Below, piece after piece: positions 9,268-17,982 of a stretch of 64,000 nt of DNA. The stretch's first letter is position 1, and each line of letters opens with the position of its first letter. The translations under genes were made by a program, and so were the position numbers. The notes under the pieces were generated by a model. It saw only the letters and a list, made by a program, of their open reading frames with translations, was not told the origin of the DNA and did not search any database. Source of the DNA: an uncultured delta proteobacterium (GTDB taxonomy: Bacteria > Desulfobacterota > Binatia > Binatales > Binataceae); contig CAWIHG010000003.1 in the NCBI GenBank assembly GCA_963835905.1, positions 152,857 to 216,856 on the forward strand, given 5' to 3'.

Positions 9268-9454
9268 ACTTGAGGTGATCGCCTGATCTCCGGGGCCGCG
9301 GCTCGGGTGCGGCGAATTGTCGGGCTGTCATTCTCGCGCCATCTTTTGGCGCAGAAAATCCCGGTCCAGCGACGTCGGAATTGATCCCTCACGGCGCGCT
9401 TCGCCCGCTATACCCCGCATCGTGGAGGGCAGGAGTCGTGCACGACACCACGAT

Positions 9455-10996
9455 TGAGTTTCGTGCGGCAGCGCGCCCGATGGATTGCCGTGATTTCCGG
9501 TTCTTAACCCGGATTTCCGTTATCTCAGTGGACTACCAATTTGATAAAATGCGTTAGACGCGCTGATGGGCGTGGGTTTGGATGTGATGGGGTGGCGTGG
9601 AGGTGGCGAGGCGGTGGGTGAGACACAAGATCGGCCCTTTCAACTCTCCTTCAATAGCTCGTTGAAGGTCGATTTCCAAGGCGCCCGGGTGACTTCCGAT
9701 GGTGGTTTGGTTCTAGTGCGCGAGCTTGACGAACGTCTGGGCTTGAGCGCGCTCATGCAGCGGCACTTGACCAATTCGCGCCGGGGCAAGAACACCCAGT
9801 TGTTGCTGGCCGACCTGCTGCGGCAGTCGATCTACAGCCGCTTGGCGGGATATGAGGATGTCAACGACGCCGAGCGCCTCTCTCACGATCCGACCTTCCG
9901 GCTGATCGGCTCCAAGAAGATCCTGGAGCGCGGCGCGGCCTTAGCCTCGCGTCTCCATTCATTCGAGACGGGCGTGCTGACCCAGGAGGACAACCTCGCA
10001 GGGCTGGCCGCGCTCAACCGGGACTTGATCGCCAAGGCGGAAGCTATCTATTCACCGCGCCGGGTGGTGCTGGACATGGACAGCACCGAGATTCCGGTTT
10101 ACGGCGAGCAGGAGCAGAGCTCCTACAACGGACACTTCGAGTCCACCTGTTATCATCCGCTGCTGTTGTTCAACCGCGAAGGCGACTGCCTGGCGGCGAA
10201 GCTGCGGCCCGGCAACGTCCACAGCGTCGCGGGCTGGGAAGAACTGCTGCTGCCCGGGATTGAGCGGCAACAGGAGCGGGGCAAGGAGGTGGTCTTCCGC
10301 GCCGACGCGGCCTTTGCCAAGCCGGAGCTATACGAAGCGCTGGAAGAACGGGACGTGAAGTACGCGATTCGCCTTCCCGCCAACGACAATTTGGAGCGCG
10401 ACATTGCTGAGTTGTTGACCCGGCCCGTGGGAAGGCCGAGCTACAAACCGGTGGTCTGGTTCAAGAGTTTTCTCTATCAGGCCGCCAGTTGGAACAAGGC
10501 ACGACGGGTGGTAGCGAAAGTCGAGTTTCACTTTGGGGAGTTGTTCCCCCGCGTCGGCTTCATCGTGACCAATCTTGAGACTTCAAGTCGGGCGGTGGTG
10601 CGCTTCTACAACAAGCGAGGCACGGCAGAACAATGGATCAAGGAAGGCAAGCAGGCGGTGAAGATGACGCGGCTGAGTTGCGATCGCTTCCGCTCCAACG
10701 AAGTGCGGCTGTGGCTGAGCCTGATCGCGTCTAACCTCGGAAACTTGCGGCGGCGGCTGGCGCTGCCGTAGAGCGGCGGAGGCGGCCTTCGATGCCGTCG
10801 AGGGGCTCCGCGGACCCGGCGTATCTGCGGATACCGGGGCCGGCCGCGATCGTCAGCCGGGCCGCGACTTGACGCTGAGTGCGGTCAGGGCGACGAATCG
10901 GGTGCGTTGAGAGTCAATAAGGAAATTCCGGCTCAGTTGTCACGGACTCATGTTCAAAGGCTCGACGCTCTGCCTGAGTTTCGTGCGACAGCGCGC
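9455..10996 (+). mobile_element. IS4/IS1380-family insertion sequence (approximate limits)
   Basis: A single DDE transposase ORF. There are imperfect terminal inverted repeats: CCGGATTTCCGTTAT at ~9509..9523 versus the reverse complement of 10911..10932 (CCGGAATTTCCTTATT). A 22-bp direct repeat TGAGTTTCGTGCG(G/A)CAGCGCGC (9455..9476 and 10975..10996) lies just outside them. The exact ends are uncertain. Confidence 0.5.
9566..10771 (+). CDS. DDE transposase, IS4/IS1380 family
   Basis: 401 aa. DDE region with the C-terminal Y-x2-R-x3-E-x6-K signature (FYNKRGTAEQWIKEGK) diagnostic of IS4-superfamily transposases. Catalytic D/D/E candidates at DMDSTEIPVYG, ...RADAAFAK... and the YREK region. Confidence 0.8.
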   Translation: MGVGLDVMGWRGGGEAVGETQDRPFQLSFNSSLKVDFQGARVTSDGGLVLVRELDERLGLSALMQRHLTNSRRGKNTQLLLADLLRQSIYSRLAGYEDVNDAERLSHDPTFRLIGSKKILERGAALASRLHSFETGVLTQEDNLAGLAALNRDLIAKAEAIYSPRRVVLDMDSTEIPVYGEQEQSSYNGHFESTCYHPLLLFNREGDCLAAKLRPGNVHSVAGWEELLLPGIERQQERGKEVVFRADAAFAKPELYEALEERDVKYAIRLPANDNLERDIAELLTRPVGRPSYKPVVWFKSFLYQAASWNKARRVVAKVEFHFGELFPRVGFIVTNLETSSRAVVRFYNKRGTAEQWIKEGKQAVKMTRLSCDRFRSNEVRLWLSLIASNLGNLRRRLALP

Positions 10997-11392
10997 ATGT
11001 CTTGCGAAACACTTCGTGAATCGTGTGAATTACGCGGTAACTGAAGATACGAATGACTATCGCTAGAGCGCGCGATGTGCTATATATACATCTGCGATGG
11101 ACGTCGCAGGTAAAGTCGCCCGCCGTCCGAAAATATCAAGCGGCATCTTCCGCCGCCGATCGGCACCGATTGATCCACATATGCGTTTCGCTTGCGCTTC
11201 GATAGCAGAGCGGGGAATAGGTACTGTCGTGCGGGCCACAATCAAACGGACCCATCGCGGCAGCGCCGGATTCTCCAGTATCGGCGCGGCTTGCGCGCTC
11301 CGGAATCTCACCGGGGGCCCTGAGACCAAAGCCATCTCCGGCCGATCGACGGCGAGCGCGAACCCTCCCTGAGGGAGAAACACGAGCGGATA

Positions 11393-11815
11393 GTGGCCAC
11401 CGAAGCAAAATCTTTGAGGGAGCGCCGCGAGGCGTGCGTGCGCCAGCACATGGAGTCCGAGAACGTGCAGGACTTCGAGCGCACGATCGCGACCTTCGAG
11501 CATCCCCGCTACGAGCTGATCGGATCGGGCGACGTGGTCGACGGCGCCGAGCGTGCGATGCGCTATTTCCGCGAGTCGCGCGCCGCGGTTCCCGACCAGC
11601 GCAACCGGCTCGTCGCGATGCACTCGGCCGACGACGCGGTGATCGTGGAGCTGGACCTGACCGGCACGCCGCGCGCGTCTGGCGGGCGCTCGTTCAGCTG
11701 CCGGATGATCGCGGTGTTCACATTTCCCGCCGGCCGCGACCGGATCGTGTGCGAGCGGGTGTACTGGGACTCGGCGACCATCGCGCGGCAGTTGGCGCCC
11801 TCGGCTGGAGCATAA
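11393..11815 (+). CDS. SnoaL-like / NTF2-like (ketosteroid isomerase-like) small protein
   Basis: 140 aa. N-terminal RREACVRQHMESENVQDFERTIATFE and an overall alpha+beta cone pattern typical of SnoaL_2/NTF2-like proteins. No search was run. Confidence 0.55.
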   Translation: MATEAKSLRERREACVRQHMESENVQDFERTIATFEHPRYELIGSGDVVDGAERAMRYFRESRAAVPDQRNRLVAMHSADDAVIVELDLTGTPRASGGRSFSCRMIAVFTFPAGRDRIVCERVYWDSATIARQLAPSAGA

Positions 11816-11843
11816 CCGCCGTTGCCTGCAAGGGTTGGCATGC

Positions 11844-12062
11844 ATGGATCGACTCAGCTTCTTTGGACTGGTCGCGGTCTCCGCGATGCTGGTGTTCTAC
11901 GCGCTCGAGGATCGCAGCGCATGGTTCATCCTGGCGTTCGCCGGGGCGTGCGCGATGGGCTCGGCATACGGATTCATGCAGGGCGCGTGGCCGTTCGGCG
12001 TGGTCGAGGCAATCTGGTCGGTGGTGGCGGCGCGGCGATGGTGGCGGACGGCGGACGCGTGA
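11844..12062 (+). CDS. small two-TM membrane protein, unknown function
   Basis: MDRLSFFGLVAVSAMLVFYALEDRSAWFILAFAGACAMGSAYGFMQGAWPFGVVEAIWSVVAARRWW has two hydrophobic helices. Sits between the SnoaL-like and methyltransferase genes in the same orientation. Confidence 0.4.
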   Translation: MDRLSFFGLVAVSAMLVFYALEDRSAWFILAFAGACAMGSAYGFMQGAWPFGVVEAIWSVVAARRWWRTADA

Positions 12063-12117
12063 AGCGGCGCGCTCCTGGCGCGATCGGCAGCGCCGCGCGC
12101 TCGAGCGGGGAGCGCGC

Positions 12118-12936
12118 GTGAGGCGCATTCATCTGTTCGAGTGGGAGGACATGCCGTGGCTCCCGCTCGTGCTGCGCCGATACACGACCGATTTTCTCCG
12201 CTACTCGCAGGAGGGGAGCGATCGCGAGGAGACCAATCGTCTGATCGCCCAAAAGCTCGCCGACCTGCTCGCCCGCTCGGGAGAGCATCGAATCGTCGAC
12301 CTCGGTTCGGGAGGCGGCGGGCCGATCCTGGAGATCGCGAAGCATCTCGGATCGCAAAATGGCGCGGCGGCGGAAATCGTGCTGACGGACCTGTACCCGA
12401 ATGGCGAGGTTATCGACGCGATCGAGCGTTCGGCGGCCGGCGCGTTGCGATTTGATCGGACGCCGGTCAGCGCGACCGATGTGCCCGCGGAGATGGGCGG
12501 GGTCCGCACGATGTTCAACGCGTTTCACCATTTCGCGCCCGCCGACGCCAGGCGCGTGCTCGAGGACGCGGTCCGCAAGCGCGCCCCGTTCGCATCATTC
12601 GAGCTCCTGACGCGCAACCCGGTCGTGATCGCCGTCGCGCCGCTCGCGATCTTTCTGCGCGCGCTCGTGGTCACGCCGCGCATCGGCCGCGTGACGATGG
12701 CGCGCTTGCTGCTCACCTACCTGTTGCCCGCGGCTCCGCTTATTGCCGCATGGGACGGCACGGTGTCGTGCATGCGGATGTACACCGTCCAGGAATTGCG
12801 CGAACTGACGCGCGGGCTCGACGGCGCGTACAGCTGGGAAGCCGGGGAGATCGCGCTGTCGAGCCGCACGCTCCCTCCGATCACCTACCTGCTCGGGATG
12901 CCGGCGGCGGCGGCGCCCGATGGACGGCCGCATTGA
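12118..12936 (+). CDS. class I SAM-dependent methyltransferase with hydrophobic C-terminal extension
   Basis: Within ORF 11434..12936, whose Arg-rich N-terminal extension was rejected. The real protein begins near the GTG at 12118 (VRRIHLFEWEDMPW...). Motif I is IVDLGSGGGGPILEIA, with an acidic post-I motif ...IVLTDLYP. Confidence 0.7.
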   Translation: MRRIHLFEWEDMPWLPLVLRRYTTDFLRYSQEGSDREETNRLIAQKLADLLARSGEHRIVDLGSGGGGPILEIAKHLGSQNGAAAEIVLTDLYPNGEVIDAIERSAAGALRFDRTPVSATDVPAEMGGVRTMFNAFHHFAPADARRVLEDAVRKRAPFASFELLTRNPVVIAVAPLAIFLRALVVTPRIGRVTMARLLLTYLLPAAPLIAAWDGTVSCMRMYTVQELRELTRGLDGAYSWEAGEIALSSRTLPPITYLLGMPAAAAPDGRPH

Positions 12937-13072
12937 CGGCGCTTGATCAATCGCGAACGCGTAGGCTATGGCTCCCGGCGGAGGCAGTTCATCGGACCGC
13001 GATGCGACGGTTGTACCTGAATGACGCGCGCACCTGCGCGGCGGATGCGCGCGCGCGGCTGTGCGCCGGGAC

Positions 13073-13612
13073 ATGATGGTAGATCCGGCAATGGCAGAAC
13101 TGGCGAGCTTCGCGCTGGCCGCGATCTTCGCGGCGTCGGGCGCGATGAAGCTGGCCGACCTCGACCTGTTCGAAAGCGCGGTCGCCAACTATCGGCTGGT
13201 GCCGCGCGCGCTCGAGCAGCCGGTCGCGATGATGATTCCGGTCTTCGAGTTCACCTGCGCCGCGGCCGTGCTGGTTCCGGTGACACGCACCGCGGGCGCG
13301 GTCGGAATTTTCGCGCTGCTCGCGATATTCACCGCCGCGGTCGCGATCAACCTCGCGCGCGGGCGCGTCAATATCGACTGCGGATGCTTCGGGCCGGCGC
13401 TCCGGCAGGAGCTGAGCGCGTGGATGCTTGCGCGCAACGCGGCGCTCGCGGCGCTTGCTCTGGCCGCGCTGATGCCCGCGCAGGCGCGCGCCCTGGTATG
13501 GCTCGACTGGGTGACGATCGCGTTGGGCGCGGGCGCGATGGTCGTGCTCTACCTGAGCGCGAACTATGCGATGGCCAATGCGCCGATGACGCGCGCGCTA
13601 AAGGCGCTGTGA
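13073..13612 (+). CDS. MauE/DoxX-family membrane protein (methylamine-utilisation MauE-like)
   Basis: ~180 aa with 4 TM helices and the conserved NIDCGCFG cysteine motif characteristic of MauE. The stop overlaps the start of the next gene (TGAGATG). Confidence 0.7.
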   Translation: MMVDPAMAELASFALAAIFAASGAMKLADLDLFESAVANYRLVPRALEQPVAMMIPVFEFTCAAAVLVPVTRTAGAVGIFALLAIFTAAVAINLARGRVNIDCGCFGPALRQELSAWMLARNAALAALALAALMPAQARALVWLDWVTIALGAGAMVVLYLSANYAMANAPMTRALKAL

Positions 13613-13613
13613 G

Positions 13614-14234
13614 ATGACGGAAGCGCTCTACATATCGATGGCGGTGCTGTGGGTGGTGGTGCTCGCGATGGCGGCGCTGCAGCTTGCTCTGCTGCGCCAG
13701 ATCGGGGTGCTGCACGAGCGGATCGCGCCGATGGGCGCGCTCACGATCGACAAGGGCCCCAAGGAGGGCGAGGGGGCGCCGCAATTCGACCTGATCGATC
13801 TCGGGCGGCGCGCGGTGAAGCTGGGCGGGCAGAATCCGCGCGGCAAAAGCACCCTGGTTTTCTTCCTGTCGCCGACCTGCCCGGTGTGCAAGAAGATGCT
13901 GCCGATTCTGCGCTCGATGGCGTCGAGCGAGGCGCGCCGGCTCGAAATCGTGCTCGCCAGCGACGGCGAGCGCGAGGAGCACGAGCGCTATATCGCGAAG
14001 CAGGAGCTGGGCGCGTTCCCGTACGTGCTCTCGCAGGATCTCGGGATGACCTATCGCGTCGGCAAGCTGCCCTACGCGGTGCTGATCGACGAGACCGGCG
14101 TGATCCGCGCCAAGGGCCTCATCAATACGCGCGAGCATCTGGAAAGCCTCATCGAGGCGAAGGAACTCGGAGTCTCGTCGATCCAGGAGTATCTTCAGGC
14201 CGAGCACAAGCACACCGAGTCGCATCTCAAGTGA
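13614..14234 (+). CDS. membrane-anchored thioredoxin-fold thiol:disulfide oxidoreductase (MauD/TlpA-like redoxin)
   Basis: 206 aa with an N-terminal TM anchor (MTEALYISMAVLWVVVLAMAALQLALL) and a thioredoxin fold with active site FFLSPTCPVCKK (CxxC). Confidence 0.7.
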   Translation: MTEALYISMAVLWVVVLAMAALQLALLRQIGVLHERIAPMGALTIDKGPKEGEGAPQFDLIDLGRRAVKLGGQNPRGKSTLVFFLSPTCPVCKKMLPILRSMASSEARRLEIVLASDGEREEHERYIAKQELGAFPYVLSQDLGMTYRVGKLPYAVLIDETGVIRAKGLINTREHLESLIEAKELGVSSIQEYLQAEHKHTESHLK

Positions 14235-14283
14235 GTAACCATTCCCTGCTTTCCAGGACCGCGAGCGAGTTCAGGCGTTAGTC

Positions 14284-14784
14284 TTGAAGATCGGGTTGGT
14301 ATTGGCCGTCGCGCTGGCCGCGCTTCCGATCGCGCGCGGCGCCGCGCACGCCTCTGGCAAGGAGATCTTCGACAGCCACTGCGCCATATGCCATCAGACC
14401 AACGGCGCGGGCGTGCCGGGCGCGTATCCGCCGCTGGCGGACTCGGTCGGCGCGTACGTGCGCGTCGCGCCCGGGCGCGCGTACCTGGTCCACGTGGTGT
14501 CGTTCGGGATGACCGGCGCGATTCCCGCGCACGGCCAGAGCTACGACGGCGTGATGCAGTCGTGGGCGCAGTTCAGCGACGCGCAGATTGTGGAGATTCT
14601 CAACTACGTGCTGACCACCTTCAACCGCAAGCTGCTGCCGGCGGACTTCAAACCGTTCACCGCCGCCGAGGTCGCGAAGCTTCGGGCGCATCGCGAATCT
14701 TTCGACCAGGTGCACAAGGAGCGCGCGCGCCTGCTCGAGTCGCTCGGCGGTGCCGACGCGGCGGGGGCGAAGTCAGGATCATGA
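14284..14784 (+). CDS. class I monoheme cytochrome c (periplasmic)
   Basis: Signal peptide (KIGLVLAVALAALPIARGAAHA) and a single CAICH haem-binding motif. The C-terminal FNRKLLPADFKPFTAAEVAKLRAH is shared with the next ORF. A TTG start was inferred. Confidence 0.7.
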   Translation: MKIGLVLAVALAALPIARGAAHASGKEIFDSHCAICHQTNGAGVPGAYPPLADSVGAYVRVAPGRAYLVHVVSFGMTGAIPAHGQSYDGVMQSWAQFSDAQIVEILNYVLTTFNRKLLPADFKPFTAAEVAKLRAHRESFDQVHKERARLLESLGGADAAGAKSGS

Positions 14785-15212
14785 GAACCCTCGCGCTTGC
14801 AATCGTGCTGGTGCTCGCGGCCTCTGCCGCACCGGCGCGCGCGGGCTCGCCGTCGGAGCTGTACACGCTCAACTGCTGGGGATGTCATCAGCCGCACGCC
14901 GAGGGGATCCCGGGCACGGTGCCGCGCCTGGCACATTCGATGGCGTACTTCCTGTCGGTGCCGGGCGGGCGCGAGTTCCTGGTGCAGGTGCCGGGAGTCG
15001 CGAACTCCTCACTCAACGACAAGGAAACCGCGGAGGTGCTCAACTGGCTGCTGGTGACATTCAACAAGCGTGAGCTGCCGGCGCACTTCAAGCCGTACAC
15101 CGCGGACGAGGTCGCGCGCCTGCGGGCTCATCCGCTGTTCGACGTCAAACACACGCGGGTCGAGCTTGCGCGCAAGATCGCCGCCCAGGGGCATCAAGTG
15201 GCGCCGCCGTGA
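14781..15212 (+). CDS. class I monoheme cytochrome c (paralogue of preceding gene)
   Basis: ATG overlaps the preceding stop (ATGA). Signal peptide MRTLALAIVLVLAASAAPARA and a CWGCH motif. The FNKRELPAHFKPYTADEVARLRAH tail is paralogous to the upstream cytochrome. Confidence 0.75.
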   Translation: MRTLALAIVLVLAASAAPARAGSPSELYTLNCWGCHQPHAEGIPGTVPRLAHSMAYFLSVPGGREFLVQVPGVANSSLNDKETAEVLNWLLVTFNKRELPAHFKPYTADEVARLRAHPLFDVKHTRVELARKIAAQGHQVAPP

Positions 15213-15343
15213 GCGGGGCCGCCGGGCGGGTTGGTTGACGGATGCCCGATTGATTCGTACAAACGTACACATCGGCATGCGATGTTCGCCGGCTCTGTGC
15301 GCGGCGGGCGCGCGCCGATTCACGATCGCACGGAGGTTTTTCG

Positions 15344-16393
15344 ATGAGCACGGCGCAGCGTTACGCGATTCCGGTGGAAAGTCTCGATTGGACCGTTCCC
15401 AGCGATTTCACCACCGCATTCAAGTGGGAGTACGAAGACGGCAGCGACTCGCTGCGCCGCCTGTACGAGAAGGGCAAGAACCTGCAGTGGAACGCGAGCA
15501 ACCGGATCGACTGGTCGCAGGATCTCGATCCTGAAAATCCGGAAGAACTGCCCGACGAGTATCTGGCGATTTTTGGCTCGCAGGTCTGGGACCGGATGAC
15601 CAAGAAGGAGCGCGCTGACTTCCGCCGCCATTCGCAGGCCAACGATCTCTCGCAATTCCTGCATGGCGAGCAGGGCGCGCTGATCTGCACCGCGAAGATC
15701 GTCCAGCAGGTGCCGAACGTCGATGCCAAGTTCTATGCCGCCACGCAGGTGATGGACGAGGCGCGCCACGTCGAGACCTATGCGCGGCTGCTGCATACGA
15801 AGTTTGACCTGGCCTATCCGATCACGCCGCCGCTCAAGAGCCTGCTCGACGGAGTCTTGCGCGACTCGCGATGGGACATGACGTACCTCGGGATGCAGGT
15901 GCTGATCGAGGGGCTGGCGCTGGCCGCGTTCGCGGGAATCCGCGACAGCGCGAAGAATCCGCTAGCCGCCGCGGTCAACGCGTACGTGATGCAGGACGAG
16001 GCGCGCCACGTGGCTTTCGGGCGCCTTGCGCTGCGTGAGTACTATCCGCACCTGACCGACAAGGAGCGCGACGAGCGCGAGGAGTTCGTGGTCGAGGCGT
16101 GCTACACGATGCGCGATCGGTTCAATTCGCGCGAGGTGTACGAGCGCCTCGGCCTGCCGGTCAAGGAATGCATCGAGTGGGAGGAGAAGTCCGAGGGGAT
16201 GCAGCAGTTTCGCGCGGGCCTGTTCACCCGCATCGTGCCCGCGATCAAGGATATCGGGCTGTGGGGCCAGCGGGTGCGCAAAGCGTATGCCGACATGGGC
16301 GTGCTCGAGTTCGGCGACATCAACAGCGAGGAACTGAGCGCGCAGGACGAGCGCGTGGCGCTGGACTTCGACGCGCGCCGCTCTTCGCACTGA
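15344..16393 (+). CDS. ferritin-like diiron-carboxylate protein (AurF-type N-oxygenase-like / diiron oxygenase family)
   Basis: 349 aa with no signal peptide. Two E-x2-H motifs in identical context (VMDEARHVETY and MQDEARHVAFG) plus upstream Glu residues give a four-helix-bundle diiron ligand pattern. GGAGG RBS lies 8 nt upstream. Confidence 0.6.
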   Translation: MSTAQRYAIPVESLDWTVPSDFTTAFKWEYEDGSDSLRRLYEKGKNLQWNASNRIDWSQDLDPENPEELPDEYLAIFGSQVWDRMTKKERADFRRHSQANDLSQFLHGEQGALICTAKIVQQVPNVDAKFYAATQVMDEARHVETYARLLHTKFDLAYPITPPLKSLLDGVLRDSRWDMTYLGMQVLIEGLALAAFAGIRDSAKNPLAAAVNAYVMQDEARHVAFGRLALREYYPHLTDKERDEREEFVVEACYTMRDRFNSREVYERLGLPVKECIEWEEKSEGMQQFRAGLFTRIVPAIKDIGLWGQRVRKAYADMGVLEFGDINSEELSAQDERVALDFDARRSSH

Positions 16394-16402
16394 CGCGCTT
16401 GC

Positions 16403-17824
16403 TTAGTGCGGCGGCGGCATAATCGACGGCTCGACCGGAACCACCAGCTCTTCCAGCGAGAGTCCGCTGGTCTCGACCCGCAGCAACCAGGTGACCACGA
16501 AGCCCACCGCCGATGCGAGCGCGGTGACGATCATCACGCCGCGCACGCCGGCGTAGGTCCGCAGCGCGGGCAGGAAGAAGATCCCGAGCGCCGCGCCGAG
16601 CTTTCCGACCGCCGCGGCGAGTCCTTCACCCGAGGCTCGCAGGTCGGTCGGGAACAGCTCCGCCGACAGCAGGTAGGTGGTTGGATTCGGCCCCATGTTC
16701 ACCATCAGGTTGAAAAGCGCGAAGCCTATTACCACCGCCATGAAGTGGACGTGTCCGCCGGGTTCGGCCTGCTGCGCCATCGCCAGGATGATCATCCCCG
16801 TCGCCATCCCCGCGAAACCGAGCAGTTGCAGACGGATGCGGCCCCACCTGTCGACCAGCCAGATATTGAGCGCGAATCCGATCAGCAGGAACACGTCGAG
16901 CAGCGCCGCGCCCTGGGTCGATGCGATGTCCTGATGATAGAAAGTGCCGTGCCCTCCGAATGACATCAGCGCCAGGATCGTCGGCGTGAACATCCCGACC
17001 CCGTAGAGCGCCATGTCCATCAGCGCCCACGTGGTGGTGGTGAGCAGGGTGCGGCGCAGGTAGGCGGGCGAGAACAGGGTCGCATACGACATCCGCGGAT
17101 GCGCGACCGGGACTTCGCGGCCGTGCTCGGGATGCGCGGTGGTGGCGCCCGCATGAGTCTTCAGTTGATGCTGGCGCTCGGCCCATTTTTCGCTCTCCGG
17201 AAGTCCGCGCCGCATGATCAGCAGCGCGAGCGCCGGAACCAGTCCCGCGCCGAGCATCCATCGCCACGCCTGCATGGTCGGATCGATCGCCAGCACCAGG
17301 ATTCCGGTAGCCGCGCCCGCCAGCATCCCGAGCGCCTGGAACGCGAACGCGCCGACCAGCATCCGGCCGCGCACCTCGGTGGGCATGTACTCGGCGAGAT
17401 AGGATGCGGCGATCGGATAGTCGGCGCCGATTCCGACTCCGAGCAGAAAGCGGAACACAATCAGCGAGGTCACGCTCCACGCCGCCGCGGAGGCGACCGC
17501 GAACACGCAGAAGATGATCAGATCGACCAGGAACAGGAGGCGGCGTCCGCTCAGATCGGCGAGCCGTCCGAGCGCGATCGCACCCAGCATAGTGCCGAAC
17601 ACCGCCGCCGCGCCGACCATCCCCAGCGCCCACGGGCTGGCGTGGTAGTACGGCCCGATCAGCGGAAGCGCGACGGCGGCGATGAAGAGGTCAAAGCCGT
17701 CCAGGAACACACCCATCCCCGACAGCATCCAGACCCGCATCTGCAGCGCCGACAGGCGCGGCGGCGTGGAACGTTGTGCGCCCGCGCCGCGTCTGCTGGG
17801 TGACGGAGCAGCGGCTCCGTTCAT
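16403..17824 (-). CDS. MFS transporter
   Basis: ORF 16403..17941. Start set at MNGAAAPS (ATG 17824, GAGAAGG RBS). 12 TM helices. GRLADLSGRR-type MFS motif between TM2 and TM3. Confidence 0.8.
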   Translation of the reverse strand: MNGAAAPSPSRRGAGAQRSTPPRLSALQMRVWMLSGMGVFLDGFDLFIAAVALPLIGPYYHASPWALGMVGAAAVFGTMLGAIALGRLADLSGRRLLFLVDLIIFCVFAVASAAAWSVTSLIVFRFLLGVGIGADYPIAASYLAEYMPTEVRGRMLVGAFAFQALGMLAGAATGILVLAIDPTMQAWRWMLGAGLVPALALLIMRRGLPESEKWAERQHQLKTHAGATTAHPEHGREVPVAHPRMSYATLFSPAYLRRTLLTTTTWALMDMALYGVGMFTPTILALMSFGGHGTFYHQDIASTQGAALLDVFLLIGFALNIWLVDRWGRIRLQLLGFAGMATGMIILAMAQQAEPGGHVHFMAVVIGFALFNLMVNMGPNPTTYLLSAELFPTDLRASGEGLAAAVGKLGAALGIFFLPALRTYAGVRGVMIVTALASAVGFVVTWLLRVETSGLSLEELVVPVEPSIMPPPH

Positions 17825-17982
17825 GGCCTTCTCGCGATAAGGTCCCGGATCATTTCGGAAGAGGGTAGATGGAAGCGCGCGTGCGCGCCACCTCGGATTG
17901 TGATTTTGTGTGACGCCGTCCGCGGCGCGCTCCCGTGACATCGCGCCCTCACCGGCGCTAACATCCGGCGCGAGGACCGGCG

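Noticed and set aside
9455-10996. 22-bp direct repeats flanking the IS interpreted as a target-site duplication
   Set aside because: Far too long for the TSDs of IS4/IS1380 elements, and located 30-45 bp outside the candidate inverted repeats. Kept as an observation only.
11434-12117. N-terminal 228-codon extension of the methyltransferase ORF (ORF track 11434..12936), and ORF 11063..11845 on the minus strand
   Set aside because: The extension is extremely Arg-rich and overlaps the well-supported SnoaL-like and small-membrane-protein genes. The real methyltransferase start is near 12118. The minus-strand ORF is antisense to the SnoaL gene with the same low-complexity character.
16626-17633. 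335-aa minus-strand ORF inside the MFS transporter region in another frame
   Set aside because: An Arg/Gly/Asp-rich shadow ORF in an alternative frame. The MFS frame shows 12 TM helices.
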